From: Escherichia phage ALITA
DNA length: 64,000 nucleotides
Strand: one strand, 5' to 3'
Sequence record: PP359570
The notes below the pieces were generated by a model. That model made no database searches. It was not told the DNA's origin and saw only the letters and a list, made by a program, of their open reading frames with translations. Positions 54,997 through 63,956 of the stretch are shown here, one piece after another; position 1 is the first letter of the stretch, and every line of letters starts with the position of its first letter. The position numbers were made by a program, and so were the translations under genes.

Positions 54997-55971
54997 TTAA
55001 AGACTTTCAATAACTTGACGACGCAGTTCATTGGCATCTGCAAGATTATAATTAAGACGAACGTGTTCTGCAAGCATCATACCACGATCTTCTGTGTATC
55101 TAGGGTTCCTCATTAGCTTGACAACTTCATAATGCCAAGATGCTTTAGAGTCTGCATAGATAACAGCCTTTGCATCTACCGGATTGAAGTACGGCAGCAC
55201 AGGAGAACAGATAATAGGAAGACCCTTTGCACCTGCTTCCAAAATCTTCAAATTGCTTTTACAGTTGTTGAAGTCATTATCTACCAGGGGAGCAATTGCA
55301 ATACTGTGACCGTCATACACAGACATATACTCACCTAAATTTTTAATAGCTGGTTTATACTGTGCATTTGGAATCTTACGTTTTATTTTAACCCACTCCG
55401 CAGTAGTTAGATACTGACTATTATTTCCAACAGGTGCAGAAGGATACACTTCATACCCTGCAATTGTCAATAGTGTATCATCAAATGTATTAGCTACAAG
55501 AGATAAATCAGGTTCGTGGCTTGCTCCTCCAGCCCAGATAATAGGCGTGTCAGAATTACGGTCTTTTGTCAAAGTAAATTGACCTTCGTCGTAAGGTAGT
55601 GCGTTTCTAATAACGACAACATTACGATTTAAATGACGAATTTTGTAAGCTAGGTATTCTGTTGTTACAGTAACAACATCTGCTAACTTGACCATCTCTA
55701 CAATAGTCTTTGAGTGATTAGTAAATACGCCAGCCATATAATGTTCAGGATTAAGTGAATAAAAATCATCTAAATCAACAATAATCTTAACACCTTGTGC
55801 CTTCAGGCGTTTAACCTCGTCTGCTCCACGAGAATACACTCTATTAAAAACTAAAACGTCTTTCTTAGGTTTAAACGTATTTCCAGCAAATGGCATTACA
55901 ATACGATGGTAATCACAACCACTGCCTAACTTATTATCACACTTAAGTACAGGAGTATTAGGATTTACCAT
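54997..55971 (-). CDS. putative GT-B-fold glycosyltransferase (paralogue B)
   Basis: ATG 55971 after SD gaggagg; shares CD(F/Y)HRI, LP(F/Y)DEGQF.LTKDR, YDGH.I.IAPLV, KSNLKILEAGAKGLP blocks with paralogue A. Confidence 0.5.
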   Translation of the reverse strand: MVNPNTPVLKCDNKLGSGCDYHRIVMPFAGNTFKPKKDVLVFNRVYSRGADEVKRLKAQGVKIIVDLDDFYSLNPEHYMAGVFTNHSKTIVEMVKLADVVTVTTEYLAYKIRHLNRNVVVIRNALPYDEGQFTLTKDRNSDTPIIWAGGASHEPDLSLVANTFDDTLLTIAGYEVYPSAPVGNNSQYLTTAEWVKIKRKIPNAQYKPAIKNLGEYMSVYDGHSIAIAPLVDNDFNNCKSNLKILEAGAKGLPIICSPVLPYFNPVDAKAVIYADSKASWHYEVVKLMRNPRYTEDRGMMLAEHVRLNYNLADANELRRQVIESL

Positions 55972-56644
55972 ATTTTTGAGCCTCCTCATAAGAGATAAAA
56001 GTTTTACCATTGCGAAGATCCTCCAGTGATTGTTTATATTGTTCCCAGTTTACACCAATCCCCTGTTCTTTCTCTTCTTTTGACAGATTCGCAAAAGGTA
56101 AAGGATTATCTCCAAATACATCATCAGGATGGATAAACGCCATAATTCGAATAGGACATGGCACGCCTTGAATACCTCGGTTCAAACCTGCCAGTGGAAC
56201 GCGATGAATCCACTCTGCATCTTCATATCCATAACCGTGGGTGTATGAGCGGAAATAGCCAGCTTTCTCAATAACTGCACGGGAATACATACCAAACTGG
56301 CACATACCTAGTTCCCAAATAACCACTTCCCCTTCAATACCTTTTACTTTATCTTTAAAGTATTCAGGCATACCAAAGAAATCCCAACCATTTTCCTTCG
56401 CCTGTTTTACAAAATATGTTTCCCAACCTTGAACAACAGGATAGCAATCATCATCAAAAATAAACCAGTAATCATACCCTTCATCATAAAACTTTTTCAT
56501 CAGTTCATTACGAGCATATGCAACACCTTTTCGTTCCCGATCATACTGTACAACAAAAGTAGCATTAGGATCAGTCACAAGATAATCTTTAAGAGGACGC
56601 TTACCTACAGTAATAACACCAACACCAATTTTTGTATTTTCCAA
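55958..56644 (-). CDS. putative GT-A-fold glycosyltransferase
   Basis: 228-aa ORF; DxD-type motif FIFDDDCYP and downstream GYGYEDAEW resembling GT-A acceptor-side motifs. Confidence 0.5.
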   Translation of the reverse strand: MENTKIGVGVITVGKRPLKDYLVTDPNATFVVQYDRERKGVAYARNELMKKFYDEGYDYWFIFDDDCYPVVQGWETYFVKQAKENGWDFFGMPEYFKDKVKGIEGEVVIWELGMCQFGMYSRAVIEKAGYFRSYTHGYGYEDAEWIHRVPLAGLNRGIQGVPCPIRIMAFIHPDDVFGDNPLPFANLSKEEKEQGIGVNWEQYKQSLEDLRNGKTFISYEEAQKYGKS

Positions 56645-56653
56645 AATAACTCC

Positions 56654-57217
56654 TTAAATAATTTTATTCATGTCTTGACAATGTAAAAGGTGTGAAATAG
56701 CTTTTCTAGGATCATCATTACCTAAACGGTATGTGTGAAATAAATATAACCCACGTAGTAAACCTAGCCTTTTATTGTTAGCGTGCAATGCTTTAGAGAA
56801 AATTATATCAAACTGTATTGATCTTTCCTCAAAAGGGATTTCATTCCACAGACTCTTACGAAAGAGAAGAAAGAATCCTGCTAAGATAGCATCTGTAGGT
56901 ACTTCCTCTATTGAGTTTCCCCATTCTAGATGTGCTCTTTTTGCAATCTCAATGTGGTGTAATATATTCGGATCTTCACTTCTTTCATTATTAAATAATT
57001 GATATGTTGATCCCAATCTATTACAAGATGCACCAAGAACATCAAAATCAGGATTTGAACGGACTATTGATTCCAGCCAAGCAGGTTGTTCTGGAAGAAG
57101 AAACATTGTATCAATGTCTCTTAGGCAAATCCAACTATCTTCTGGTAAGACACTTATTGTGTCATTGATACCTTTTCCAATATCTCCAGAAAGATAGGGA
57201 GTTATGTGAAATATCAT
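56654..57217 (-). CDS. possible glycosyltransferase-like protein (DxD motif)
   Basis: 187-aa ORF; ICLRDIDTMF; assignment weak. Confidence 0.3.
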   Translation of the reverse strand: MIFHITPYLSGDIGKGINDTISVLPEDSWICLRDIDTMFLLPEQPAWLESIVRSNPDFDVLGASCNRLGSTYQLFNNERSEDPNILHHIEIAKRAHLEWGNSIEEVPTDAILAGFFLLFRKSLWNEIPFEERSIQFDIIFSKALHANNKRLGLLRGLYLFHTYRLGNDDPRKAISHLLHCQDMNKII

Positions 57218-57274
57218 ACTCCCTCCGTATTATTACTTTAGCATTTTTAGACTAAAAAGTCCAAATGGTTTTAC

Positions 57275-57469
57275 CTATTGATTACGTTTTGCGAGTTCCA
57301 TTTGGATAGCTAAACTGTGATCTCGTGCTTCCATATACTCTTTATATGTTTCATTAAGATGATCACGACAAACATCACGCAGTTTAATCAGTTTATCTGT
57401 AGGGATACCACTAAGATCATCCCAAGATTTTACAACTTCACCAGTATCATTGATCCCAATGGTTTTCAT
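57275..57469 (-). CDS. hypothetical small protein
   Basis: 64-aa ORF with strong SD aaggagg. Confidence 0.45.
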   Translation of the reverse strand: MKTIGINDTGEVVKSWDDLSGIPTDKLIKLRDVCRDHLNETYKEYMEARDHSLAIQMELAKRNQ

Positions 57470-57677
57470 CTACAACCTCCTTAATTGCTACAGCACAGTT
57501 TTTGCAGATACACTGCCCTTTACCTTTAGAAATCTGGATGTAAGGTTCATTTTCATTTTCGCCCTTACGTGAGTCATATATTACAGTATTGAAGCACACA
57601 ACGCAAATATTTTTTAAGATTGTATACTTATCAACTTTCTTTTTTGTTTTAAAGTTAACTTCAATAACATCAGCCAT
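57447..57677 (-). CDS. hypothetical zinc-ribbon protein
   Basis: ATG 57677 (overlapping upstream stop, SD gggag); CVVC...CICKNC cysteine pairs. Confidence 0.4.
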   Translation of the reverse strand: MADVIEVNFKTKKKVDKYTILKNICVVCFNTVIYDSRKGENENEPYIQISKGKGQCICKNCAVAIKEVVDENHWDQ

Positions 57678-57955
57678 CAGTGTAACACTCCCAGTATGTT
57701 GCTTTGTGACATAACCATAGAACATTCAACATTATCGTGACTACGTGAAAAACGTTCCCAAACATCTTCATCGACTCGTAAAGCTATACAAGGATAGACG
57801 TTATCATTGATCATTTCAATTGAATAAACATCCATATTGTCTTCGTCTTCGATGAACATCATTGCAAACTGTTCTAAATGTTTCCTAATGTAATGTACAT
57901 CCTCTTCTGTAAGACCAATAACAAGATAACTTGCAACGATAACGCCATCTTTCAT
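57677..57955 (-). CDS. hypothetical protein
   Basis: 92-aa acidic ORF. Confidence 0.4.
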   Translation of the reverse strand: MKDGVIVASYLVIGLTEEDVHYIRKHLEQFAMMFIEDEDNMDVYSIEMINDNVYPCIALRVDEDVWERFSRSHDNVECSMVMSQSNILGVLH

Positions 57956-57965
57956 CTATATCTCC

Positions 57966-58475
57966 TTAGCGATAAAATTGATGTTCTTTGTAGCGGTACA
58001 CTAGAACCATATCTTTTTCCCAGTGTGCTCTTATTGTAGATTTTTTAAAGTATAATGCTCCTTTTGTAATATCTAATGCAATTCGTAATTCTGGAAAATG
58101 CGTATCGAGATAAAGTAGACGTTCTGCTATAGCCTTAGCTTCCTTCCACTTATCACGTTCCATAACGTTGAATGTCTTTGTGTAAGAGAATTGTCCTTTT
58201 TGAAACAAAACTTCTTTTATAGTATCAGGGAAATATGAATCTCTAGCCCTATTCAATACTACATTACCAACAGCAGACATACCGCGCTTTCCTTGATTAC
58301 GACTTTCTGCATAGATTGCACAAGCTAATAGATTTTCTTTACTATCACGCTTTGTACACTTGTGAACTACTTTAGCAGTTTTTACGTTTGCAGCTTCGGC
58401 TTGCGCCACAACAGGTGTAAATGTAAAAGCAGTTAAGGATAGTAACGCAATTGCGACAAAGGTTTTTATTGACAA
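57966..58475 (-). CDS. secreted cell-wall hydrolase (SleB/CwlJ-type Hydrolase_2 family), candidate endolysin
   Basis: 169-aa ORF; N-terminal signal peptide ending AQAEA; motif CAIYAESRNQGKRGMSAVGNVVLNRA...FPDT...FQKGQFS. Confidence 0.6.
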   Translation of the reverse strand: MSIKTFVAIALLSLTAFTFTPVVAQAEAANVKTAKVVHKCTKRDSKENLLACAIYAESRNQGKRGMSAVGNVVLNRARDSYFPDTIKEVLFQKGQFSYTKTFNVMERDKWKEAKAIAERLLYLDTHFPELRIALDITKGALYFKKSTIRAHWEKDMVLVYRYKEHQFYR

Positions 58476-58567
58476 ACTTGCCTCCTATTTTGTTAAACGA
58501 ACTTTTATTGTAACACAGAAGAGGCTGTTTTGCAAGTGGAGGGGGATAATCCCCCTCTTACATTCTG

Positions 58568-59170
58568 TTAGATGTTGTAAACCTTTGTATGAGTTACTAC
58601 ACCATCTTCTACAAAATCAATACGTTCTTGATCCGTAACTAGTGCAGACAATACTTTAAATTTAATTGTTACACGTTCAAAAGCTGGTTGACCATCTTTA
58701 AGATAATTATGTTCGGTTGTCACTGTCTTGTTTACAAAATCAACTTTCGCTTTACCGTTTTCGCGCAAGTGGAATGTTTTTCCTGCTTTATACACAATTT
58801 CAACATTACCTTCGAGAGTAATTCCTTCAAAAAGTTCACCCTCTTCTTCATTTTCTTCGCTTTTGAACAGACGACGAAACTCTTCCATATCAAGATAAAC
58901 AACATCTTCAGAATAACTATCAGTAAGGTATGTCTTACCATCCATTAACCCGAAATATTGCCAGATCGCAGAATAAACATCACTAGTTGATCCAAGGGTT
59001 TCTCTGAGTTTAGTTCCACGGATTACTTCATAAACTTCAAAATTGAAACCAGACTGCAAAGCATTAAACAGTACATCACTAACTTCTAAAGCATAATCTT
59101 CATTGTTGTCAATATCCACAAGAAAATTACCGCTGCGAATAAGTTTTTGACCTTCTAAAGTAATACCCAT
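58568..59170 (-). CDS. hypothetical protein
   Basis: 200-aa acidic ORF between hydrolase and TerD-like genes. Confidence 0.45.
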   Translation of the reverse strand: MGITLEGQKLIRSGNFLVDIDNNEDYALEVSDVLFNALQSGFNFEVYEVIRGTKLRETLGSTSDVYSAIWQYFGLMDGKTYLTDSYSEDVVYLDMEEFRRLFKSEENEEEGELFEGITLEGNVEIVYKAGKTFHLRENGKAKVDFVNKTVTTEHNYLKDGQPAFERVTIKFKVLSALVTDQERIDFVEDGVVTHTKVYNI

Positions 59171-59197
59171 TGTTTTCTCCTCTTCTATTTAAAATAT

Positions 59198-59213
59198 GCG
59201 CCCCGAAGGGCGC
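59198..59213 (-). terminator. hairpin / terminator after TerD-like gene
   Basis: GCGCCC-CGAA-GGGCGC with A/T-rich flanks. Confidence 0.45.
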
Positions 59214-59222
59214 TATGATTTA

Positions 59223-59819
59223 TTACTCGAACCAATCGTCGCCAGCGCCAAACGCTTTAACTACATCATAAATGTCAAGTCCAGCTTTACCTACACCATA
59301 TGCTTTCAGTTTCCATTCGCTATCTTCCCGCACCAGGGAGGCAACGTGGCAAATGGTATTACCTGCAAGTTCTGGAGCCAAGAAGTCAAAATCCAGCAGT
59401 TCAACGTTACGTTCATCATCGAAGATTTTAAGGAAACCTTCGGTAGCGTGACCAAGGCGTTTCTTACCCGTTTCGTCATCAATAGTGATTACGAATGCAA
59501 TTTCCTGTGCTTCAGCAGAGATATTATCCAGTGTAACATCAATCTGCTCCATTTGTCCTACACCGTCACGAACATCTTCACCTGCAAAAGTAGAACGTTC
59601 AGGATCAAATTTCTGTGCGTAGCATACCAGGTGGCGAGGAGACAACAGTTCCGGCAGACCAGATGCATTGTGTCGGCAAATCAGAGCACTAACATCCAGA
59701 TCCAGTTTTTCGTTAGATTTCCAAGAGAATTCCAGACGAATGCGTTTCAGTGCTGGTGCAATCTTTTTCAGAGAAACTTTTTCGCTAGAACCTTTTTTCA
59801 GGGAAATTTTCTGAGTCAT
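59223..59819 (-). CDS. TerD-domain protein
   Basis: 198-aa ORF with SD; ISLKKGSSEKVSLKK, LDLDVSALICR, GEDVRDGVGQMEQIDVTL, IAFVITIDD, EWKLKAYGVGKAG match TerD-family architecture. Confidence 0.75.
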   Translation of the reverse strand: MTQKISLKKGSSEKVSLKKIAPALKRIRLEFSWKSNEKLDLDVSALICRHNASGLPELLSPRHLVCYAQKFDPERSTFAGEDVRDGVGQMEQIDVTLDNISAEAQEIAFVITIDDETGKKRLGHATEGFLKIFDDERNVELLDFDFLAPELAGNTICHVASLVREDSEWKLKAYGVGKAGLDIYDVVKAFGAGDDWFE

Positions 59820-59891
59820 AATTTATTATCTCCTTTGTTGTTAATTTACGTTGTCTATTTTACTAATCTTTTCTACAAAGTCAAGCGTTTT

Positions 59892-60686
59892 TTACGCTTT
59901 TGCTCCAAATTTTTTAACCCACTCGCCAAACTCTTCGGATAGCAGTTTATCGTAAAGTTCTTCGTCAGACAAGGACAAATCTGCAATACCGATAAAATCA
60001 ACGTTATCGTATTCTTTTGCCAAGTCTTTCAGGAATTTAAAGTTTGCATTACCTACACCAACCATAAACCAGTAAACAGGAGTGTTGCGGTGTTTGTTCA
60101 GCAAACTACGTACTGCTGAAGTATCCATGTTCTCCCCGTCAGTTTGGAAGAAAATCATTGCAGGAGTACGATCAACTTGTGCATCAGTATCTACAACCTG
60201 TTCTACAACAGTACGTGTAACTTCTACACGTTCTTTTTTACCAGTTAGTTTAGCAAGGAAACCCTTAGCCGGAACTTCTTCATACTCAACGACTTCGCGT
60301 GTAATATTTTTCATAGGTACACTACCGAAGTATGTATCATAGATCTCTTGCATTACTGGAGCATAAGCTGTACCACCATTGATGCAAACATTAGACATAC
60401 AAGAGCCGACATAATCATCATATACATCAGCCGTTGCAGGAGGCAGTTCAAAAGAAGAACTATTGAAAGCCCACATGTCAATCTGTGCATTATCATCAAA
60501 CTTCATACCAAACGGCAGCAGCTTACCTACAAAATCACTAACAGTGCCATCACGATACAGCTCACACATACTACCCGAAATATCTAAGGCGCTACCGACA
60601 CGAAGAACAACATCGTTAATCTTTTTCTTACGCAGAGATACGGTAAGAGTTTCTTGACGTTTTTTAAGACTGATTTTATTGGACAT
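59892..60686 (-). CDS. von Willebrand factor A (vWA) domain protein, TerY-like
   Basis: 264-aa ORF with SD; MIDAS motif DISGS plus downstream Thr and Asp (GGTAY, QTDGE). Confidence 0.65.
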   Translation of the reverse strand: MSNKISLKKRQETLTVSLRKKKINDVVLRVGSALDISGSMCELYRDGTVSDFVGKLLPFGMKFDDNAQIDMWAFNSSSFELPPATADVYDDYVGSCMSNVCINGGTAYAPVMQEIYDTYFGSVPMKNITREVVEYEEVPAKGFLAKLTGKKERVEVTRTVVEQVVDTDAQVDRTPAMIFFQTDGENMDTSAVRSLLNKHRNTPVYWFMVGVGNANFKFLKDLAKEYDNVDFIGIADLSLSDEELYDKLLSEEFGEWVKKFGAKA

Positions 60687-60687
60687 A

Positions 60688-60957
60688 TTATTTCTCCTTT
60701 CTGAGTGTAATGTTAGTAACTTCTAAATCCACTTCTACCACTTCTGTATCATATAAAATACAGTTAAGTTGACCTCTTTGTGAACCGTTCAGACACATTG
60801 CTTGGTTTGTATTAACCTTAATAAACACTAAGTTTCTGAACGTATCTAAACCAGCATCTTGATAGGCAACATAATATACGAATGTATCACCTGTGTCAAG
60901 TTCTCCAAAACATTTAGGTTCATCTGATTTGTCGTCTTTGATATTAAATTTAAGCAC
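60688..60957 (-). CDS. hypothetical protein
   Basis: 89-aa ORF. Confidence 0.4.
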   Translation of the reverse strand: MLKFNIKDDKSDEPKCFGELDTGDTFVYYVAYQDAGLDTFRNLVFIKVNTNQAMCLNGSQRGQLNCILYDTEVVEVDLEVTNITLRKEK

Positions 60958-61513
60958 TGTCTTCTCCTTTACCTGCTCTCAAGCCTAAATAGAAAGCCTC
61001 TCTGGTGATCTTTTGCAACTCGTTTAAAGAGATAGTTACAACTAAATCATCTTCAATTTCTAGCTTTGAGTCTTCTTCTGTCTCAATGCAAGTATTATGC
61101 ACTTTGTGGTAAGGATTGTCAACACGTTTAAATTTATTATTTTCAGTGCTGAAGAAGCAATCTGGATCTTCTTCCCCATCACCCCAACCCTGGTTAGGAT
61201 CTTCTTCAGATCTTTCTGTTGGGATCTCGCCTGTAAAGTGCTCTTCTAATACCAGAGCAATCCCATCTCCAAGATCGGAAGAGAACATCAAATTACAAAC
61301 TTCTTCCCAAGGCATAGACCACTTAAATCTTTTACGATTGCCATGTTTATCTTCTTCGTTAGAGAAAACACTACCATAGCTATCATAATTCCCATACATC
61401 TCTTCGACAACCTTACCACCTTTCAAAAGAAATAGGTAGCAAGGAGAGCCATCGAAAGAGGTAGAAAGAGCAGCATTACCAGACTCTTTGCACAAGAAAC
61501 TAAAACACCCCAT
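60950..61513 (-). CDS. hypothetical protein (acidic)
   Basis: 187-aa ORF. Confidence 0.4.
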   Translation of the reverse strand: MGCFSFLCKESGNAALSTSFDGSPCYLFLLKGGKVVEEMYGNYDSYGSVFSNEEDKHGNRKRFKWSMPWEEVCNLMFSSDLGDGIALVLEEHFTGEIPTERSEEDPNQGWGDGEEDPDCFFSTENNKFKRVDNPYHKVHNTCIETEEDSKLEIEDDLVVTISLNELQKITREAFYLGLRAGKGEDSA

Positions 61514-61713
61514 TATACACCAGCCTTAAGATCAATTAAAGCCAAAGTTGTTTCAGAGTGTGTTTGCTCGTCTACAGGTGCAGTCATATGATAATACAAA
61601 AAATCTTCGGCATCATACCAATCTGATTCTTGACCTTGTTTCCAACCATCAATGAAAGCATCTTCCATAATGGTTTGCAATTCTTCACGAGTTAAGTGAA
61701 TATCTTTACTCAT
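61513..61713 (-). CDS. hypothetical small protein
   Basis: 66-aa ORF. Confidence 0.35.
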   Translation of the reverse strand: MSKDIHLTREELQTIMEDAFIDGWKQGQESDWYDAEDFLYYHMTAPVDEQTHSETTLALIDLKAGV

Positions 61714-61946
61714 TACACATTCTCCTCTTTTACCAATTCCATTGTTGAATTGTCAAAACCATCTTTAGAAGAATAGGTATAGACAGCACGTAGTTCTCGC
61801 AGGACAGTGAATACATTAGGATCATCTAACCAAGCATCCTGGAGGAGAACATAACGATCTTCATTGTCATACTGGACAGCAATCATAGAGCCAGACAGTT
61901 TGTAAATTTTAATATTCATAATATATTTCTCCTTAAAGTAGACCAC
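61713..61946 (-). CDS. hypothetical small protein
   Basis: 77-aa ORF. Confidence 0.35.
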   Translation of the reverse strand: MVYFKEKYIMNIKIYKLSGSMIAVQYDNEDRYVLLQDAWLDDPNVFTVLRELRAVYTYSSKDGFDNSTMELVKEENV

Positions 61947-63036
61947 GTTTAACAGTTTGAATCATACCATCTTCAAGAGATTGCACTTCTTGAATGTAAT
62001 CAATACGAGCAGCACGGGCTTCAGTGTTGATTCGGTTAGTTTCTTCCAACATTTTAACTAAGTTTTCTTGATCACGACGCAATGTTTCAATATCCAATAC
62101 TTGACGATTAGCAAGTTGTGTAGCTTCAATCTGGTTTTGTGCAGCCAGATCACTACCCATTGCAATAGCAGCATTAAATTCATTCAGTACGTTGTTCTGT
62201 GTATCGGCTGCTTTCTTCTGGCGCAGACTTTCAATATACATAGAAAAGTTTGCAGAGTAAGCAGGAATAACATTGTTCACAATATTACGGGCTGATCGCA
62301 TCAAACTTGCAGATACTTTCTGCATACTTTGTACACGTGGCCCCATCTGAACGCACAGTAAGCGTAAGGCTTTCAGGTCTGCAATACGAATTTCAAGCAG
62401 ATCCATAGTGTCACGAGTACGTTGACGCTCTTCTACTTCATTTTCAGGTAGTGTATTAAGGCGAACTTCTTCTTTTTCATAAGTAGCTGTTAGAAGCTCT
62501 ATATCCCTGTTTAAGCTAAGAGCATATTTTGCAATAGCCTCCTCTAAACGTTGCAGATATCGTAAAGAATCTTCTTCTTTTTTCAAGTCTGTTTGGAGTG
62601 TCTTTACCAAACCCTCAATACGATTATTGATGGTGTCAAATTCTCCAAACAAATCTTCTTTCATACCTAATACTTTCTTAACTAACTTACCTAAACCTTT
62701 AGATTGTTTAATAGAATTAGGATCAAGTTGCTTTGCTTGCTTAATAAGTGCAGTTAAACGTTCACTCATTTCATCTCCCTGAGATGAACGCTGGTGTTTA
62801 AGCACTTCAGCATTAAGGTTACGAAGAGTAAGTCCTGCATCAGCACCAACTTGTTCAATCTCTTCACGAGACATTGGAGGCAGCATTTGTACAGGTCGTG
62901 CAACAGCAGGGGCATATACAGGACTTGCATCCATAGCACTTGGAGCAAACAAAGACTTACTTTTTTCTGTTGTTGCCGTGAATACACTCATTTCAGACGG
63001 TTTGCTTTTTACGGCACTGATAAAAGGACTGGACAT
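61933..63036 (-). CDS. helical coiled-coil protein, possible TelA/KlaA-like (toxic anion resistance family)
   Basis: 367-aa ORF with SD ggagg; long predicted helices; family assignment based on size, composition and co-location with TerD and vWA genes. Confidence 0.3.
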   Translation of the reverse strand: MSSPFISAVKSKPSEMSVFTATTEKSKSLFAPSAMDASPVYAPAVARPVQMLPPMSREEIEQVGADAGLTLRNLNAEVLKHQRSSQGDEMSERLTALIKQAKQLDPNSIKQSKGLGKLVKKVLGMKEDLFGEFDTINNRIEGLVKTLQTDLKKEEDSLRYLQRLEEAIAKYALSLNRDIELLTATYEKEEVRLNTLPENEVEERQRTRDTMDLLEIRIADLKALRLLCVQMGPRVQSMQKVSASLMRSARNIVNNVIPAYSANFSMYIESLRQKKAADTQNNVLNEFNAAIAMGSDLAAQNQIEATQLANRQVLDIETLRRDQENLVKMLEETNRINTEARAARIDYIQEVQSLEDGMIQTVKRGLL

Positions 63037-63104
63037 TCAATTTCCTCCATATTCTTTAGTAGATGGTGATACCTCTGTACCACCATCATAACACAAATTA
63101 AGTA

Positions 63105-63956
63105 TTAAACAAACATATCTAAATAATTTGTAGTAATAAATGCTCCATCTGCTTCCAGATTAACATAACCAGTAGCATTAGTGGTTAAGAAATCCAGATC
63201 GAAGGACTCTTTAACACCCCGTACCTCAACACGAGAGATATCGAATACAGGTAGTGTAACAGCCTCTTCGTGCAATACCGTACCTTTGTAGGTTGCCTTA
63301 ATGATAAACTTGATATTACCCGTTCCAGCATCATACAAAACACTTTCAAACCCTTTGAGAGTATATTTATCACCAGAAGTGAAGTGCAAAGTTGCTTTGT
63401 TTACAGTACGTTTTTTACGAGGAGTTCCTTTCACACGTTTATGATCACTACGTTTTTTGTATTTAGGAATGAATACAAACGATACACTCTCAAGAAAGGT
63501 ATCAACATCAAGGATTTTAATATCCTCTGTTGCAGCAAATTTTGAAGTCGTTGCATCAAAATGCTTTTCCCTGCGATCATACATAAAGATATCAAACCGA
63601 TCTTCTAAATCAAACAAATTATGTATTTTAATTTCAGAATGCTTGCGCATTGCAGCAACCTTGAACTCTTCAAAACGTGGGTGTTCTACAAGTTCTTCAA
63701 GTTTTACACCAAAGACAGTATATTGCTTCGAAGTCTTTTCTGGTGTTGGCATTACAGAAGCATAATCACCGATTGCGCTCTTAAAGCAAAATTGTTCTTG
63801 ACCTGTATTTTTACCAACGAATTTACAGTATTCGTCATTGTGCATACTTTCCTTAGTAGTACCAACAAACTCAAAACCATCTTTATTCTTCTCAAGGATT
63901 TCTTGATTAAAGATCCAACCTTCCAGGCGATATACTTTACCAACTTCTAGTTTCAT
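63105..63956 (-). CDS. hypothetical protein
   Basis: 283-aa ORF with SD aaggag. Confidence 0.45.
   Translation of the reverse strand: MKLEVGKVYRLEGWIFNQEILEKNKDGFEFVGTTKESMHNDEYCKFVGKNTGQEQFCFKSAIGDYASVMPTPEKTSKQYTVFGVKLEELVEHPRFEEFKVAAMRKHSEIKIHNLFDLEDRFDIFMYDRREKHFDATTSKFAATEDIKILDVDTFLESVSFVFIPKYKKRSDHKRVKGTPRKKRTVNKATLHFTSGDKYTLKGFESVLYDAGTGNIKFIIKATYKGTVLHEEAVTLPVFDISRVEVRGVKESFDLDFLTTNATGYVNLEADGAFITTNYLDMFV

Noticed and set aside
54997-56010. ORF-track start at 56010 for the second GT-B paralogue
   Set aside because: ATG at 55971 has a strong SD (gaggagg) and gives an N-terminus aligned with the paralogue; the longer form would overlap the upstream gene by 53 nt.
56675-56703. Plus-strand TTGACA-N17 promoter-like motif inside the minus-strand gene 56654..57217
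   Set aside because: Faces no plus-strand gene; the -10 is poor; probably a chance match in AT-rich DNA.
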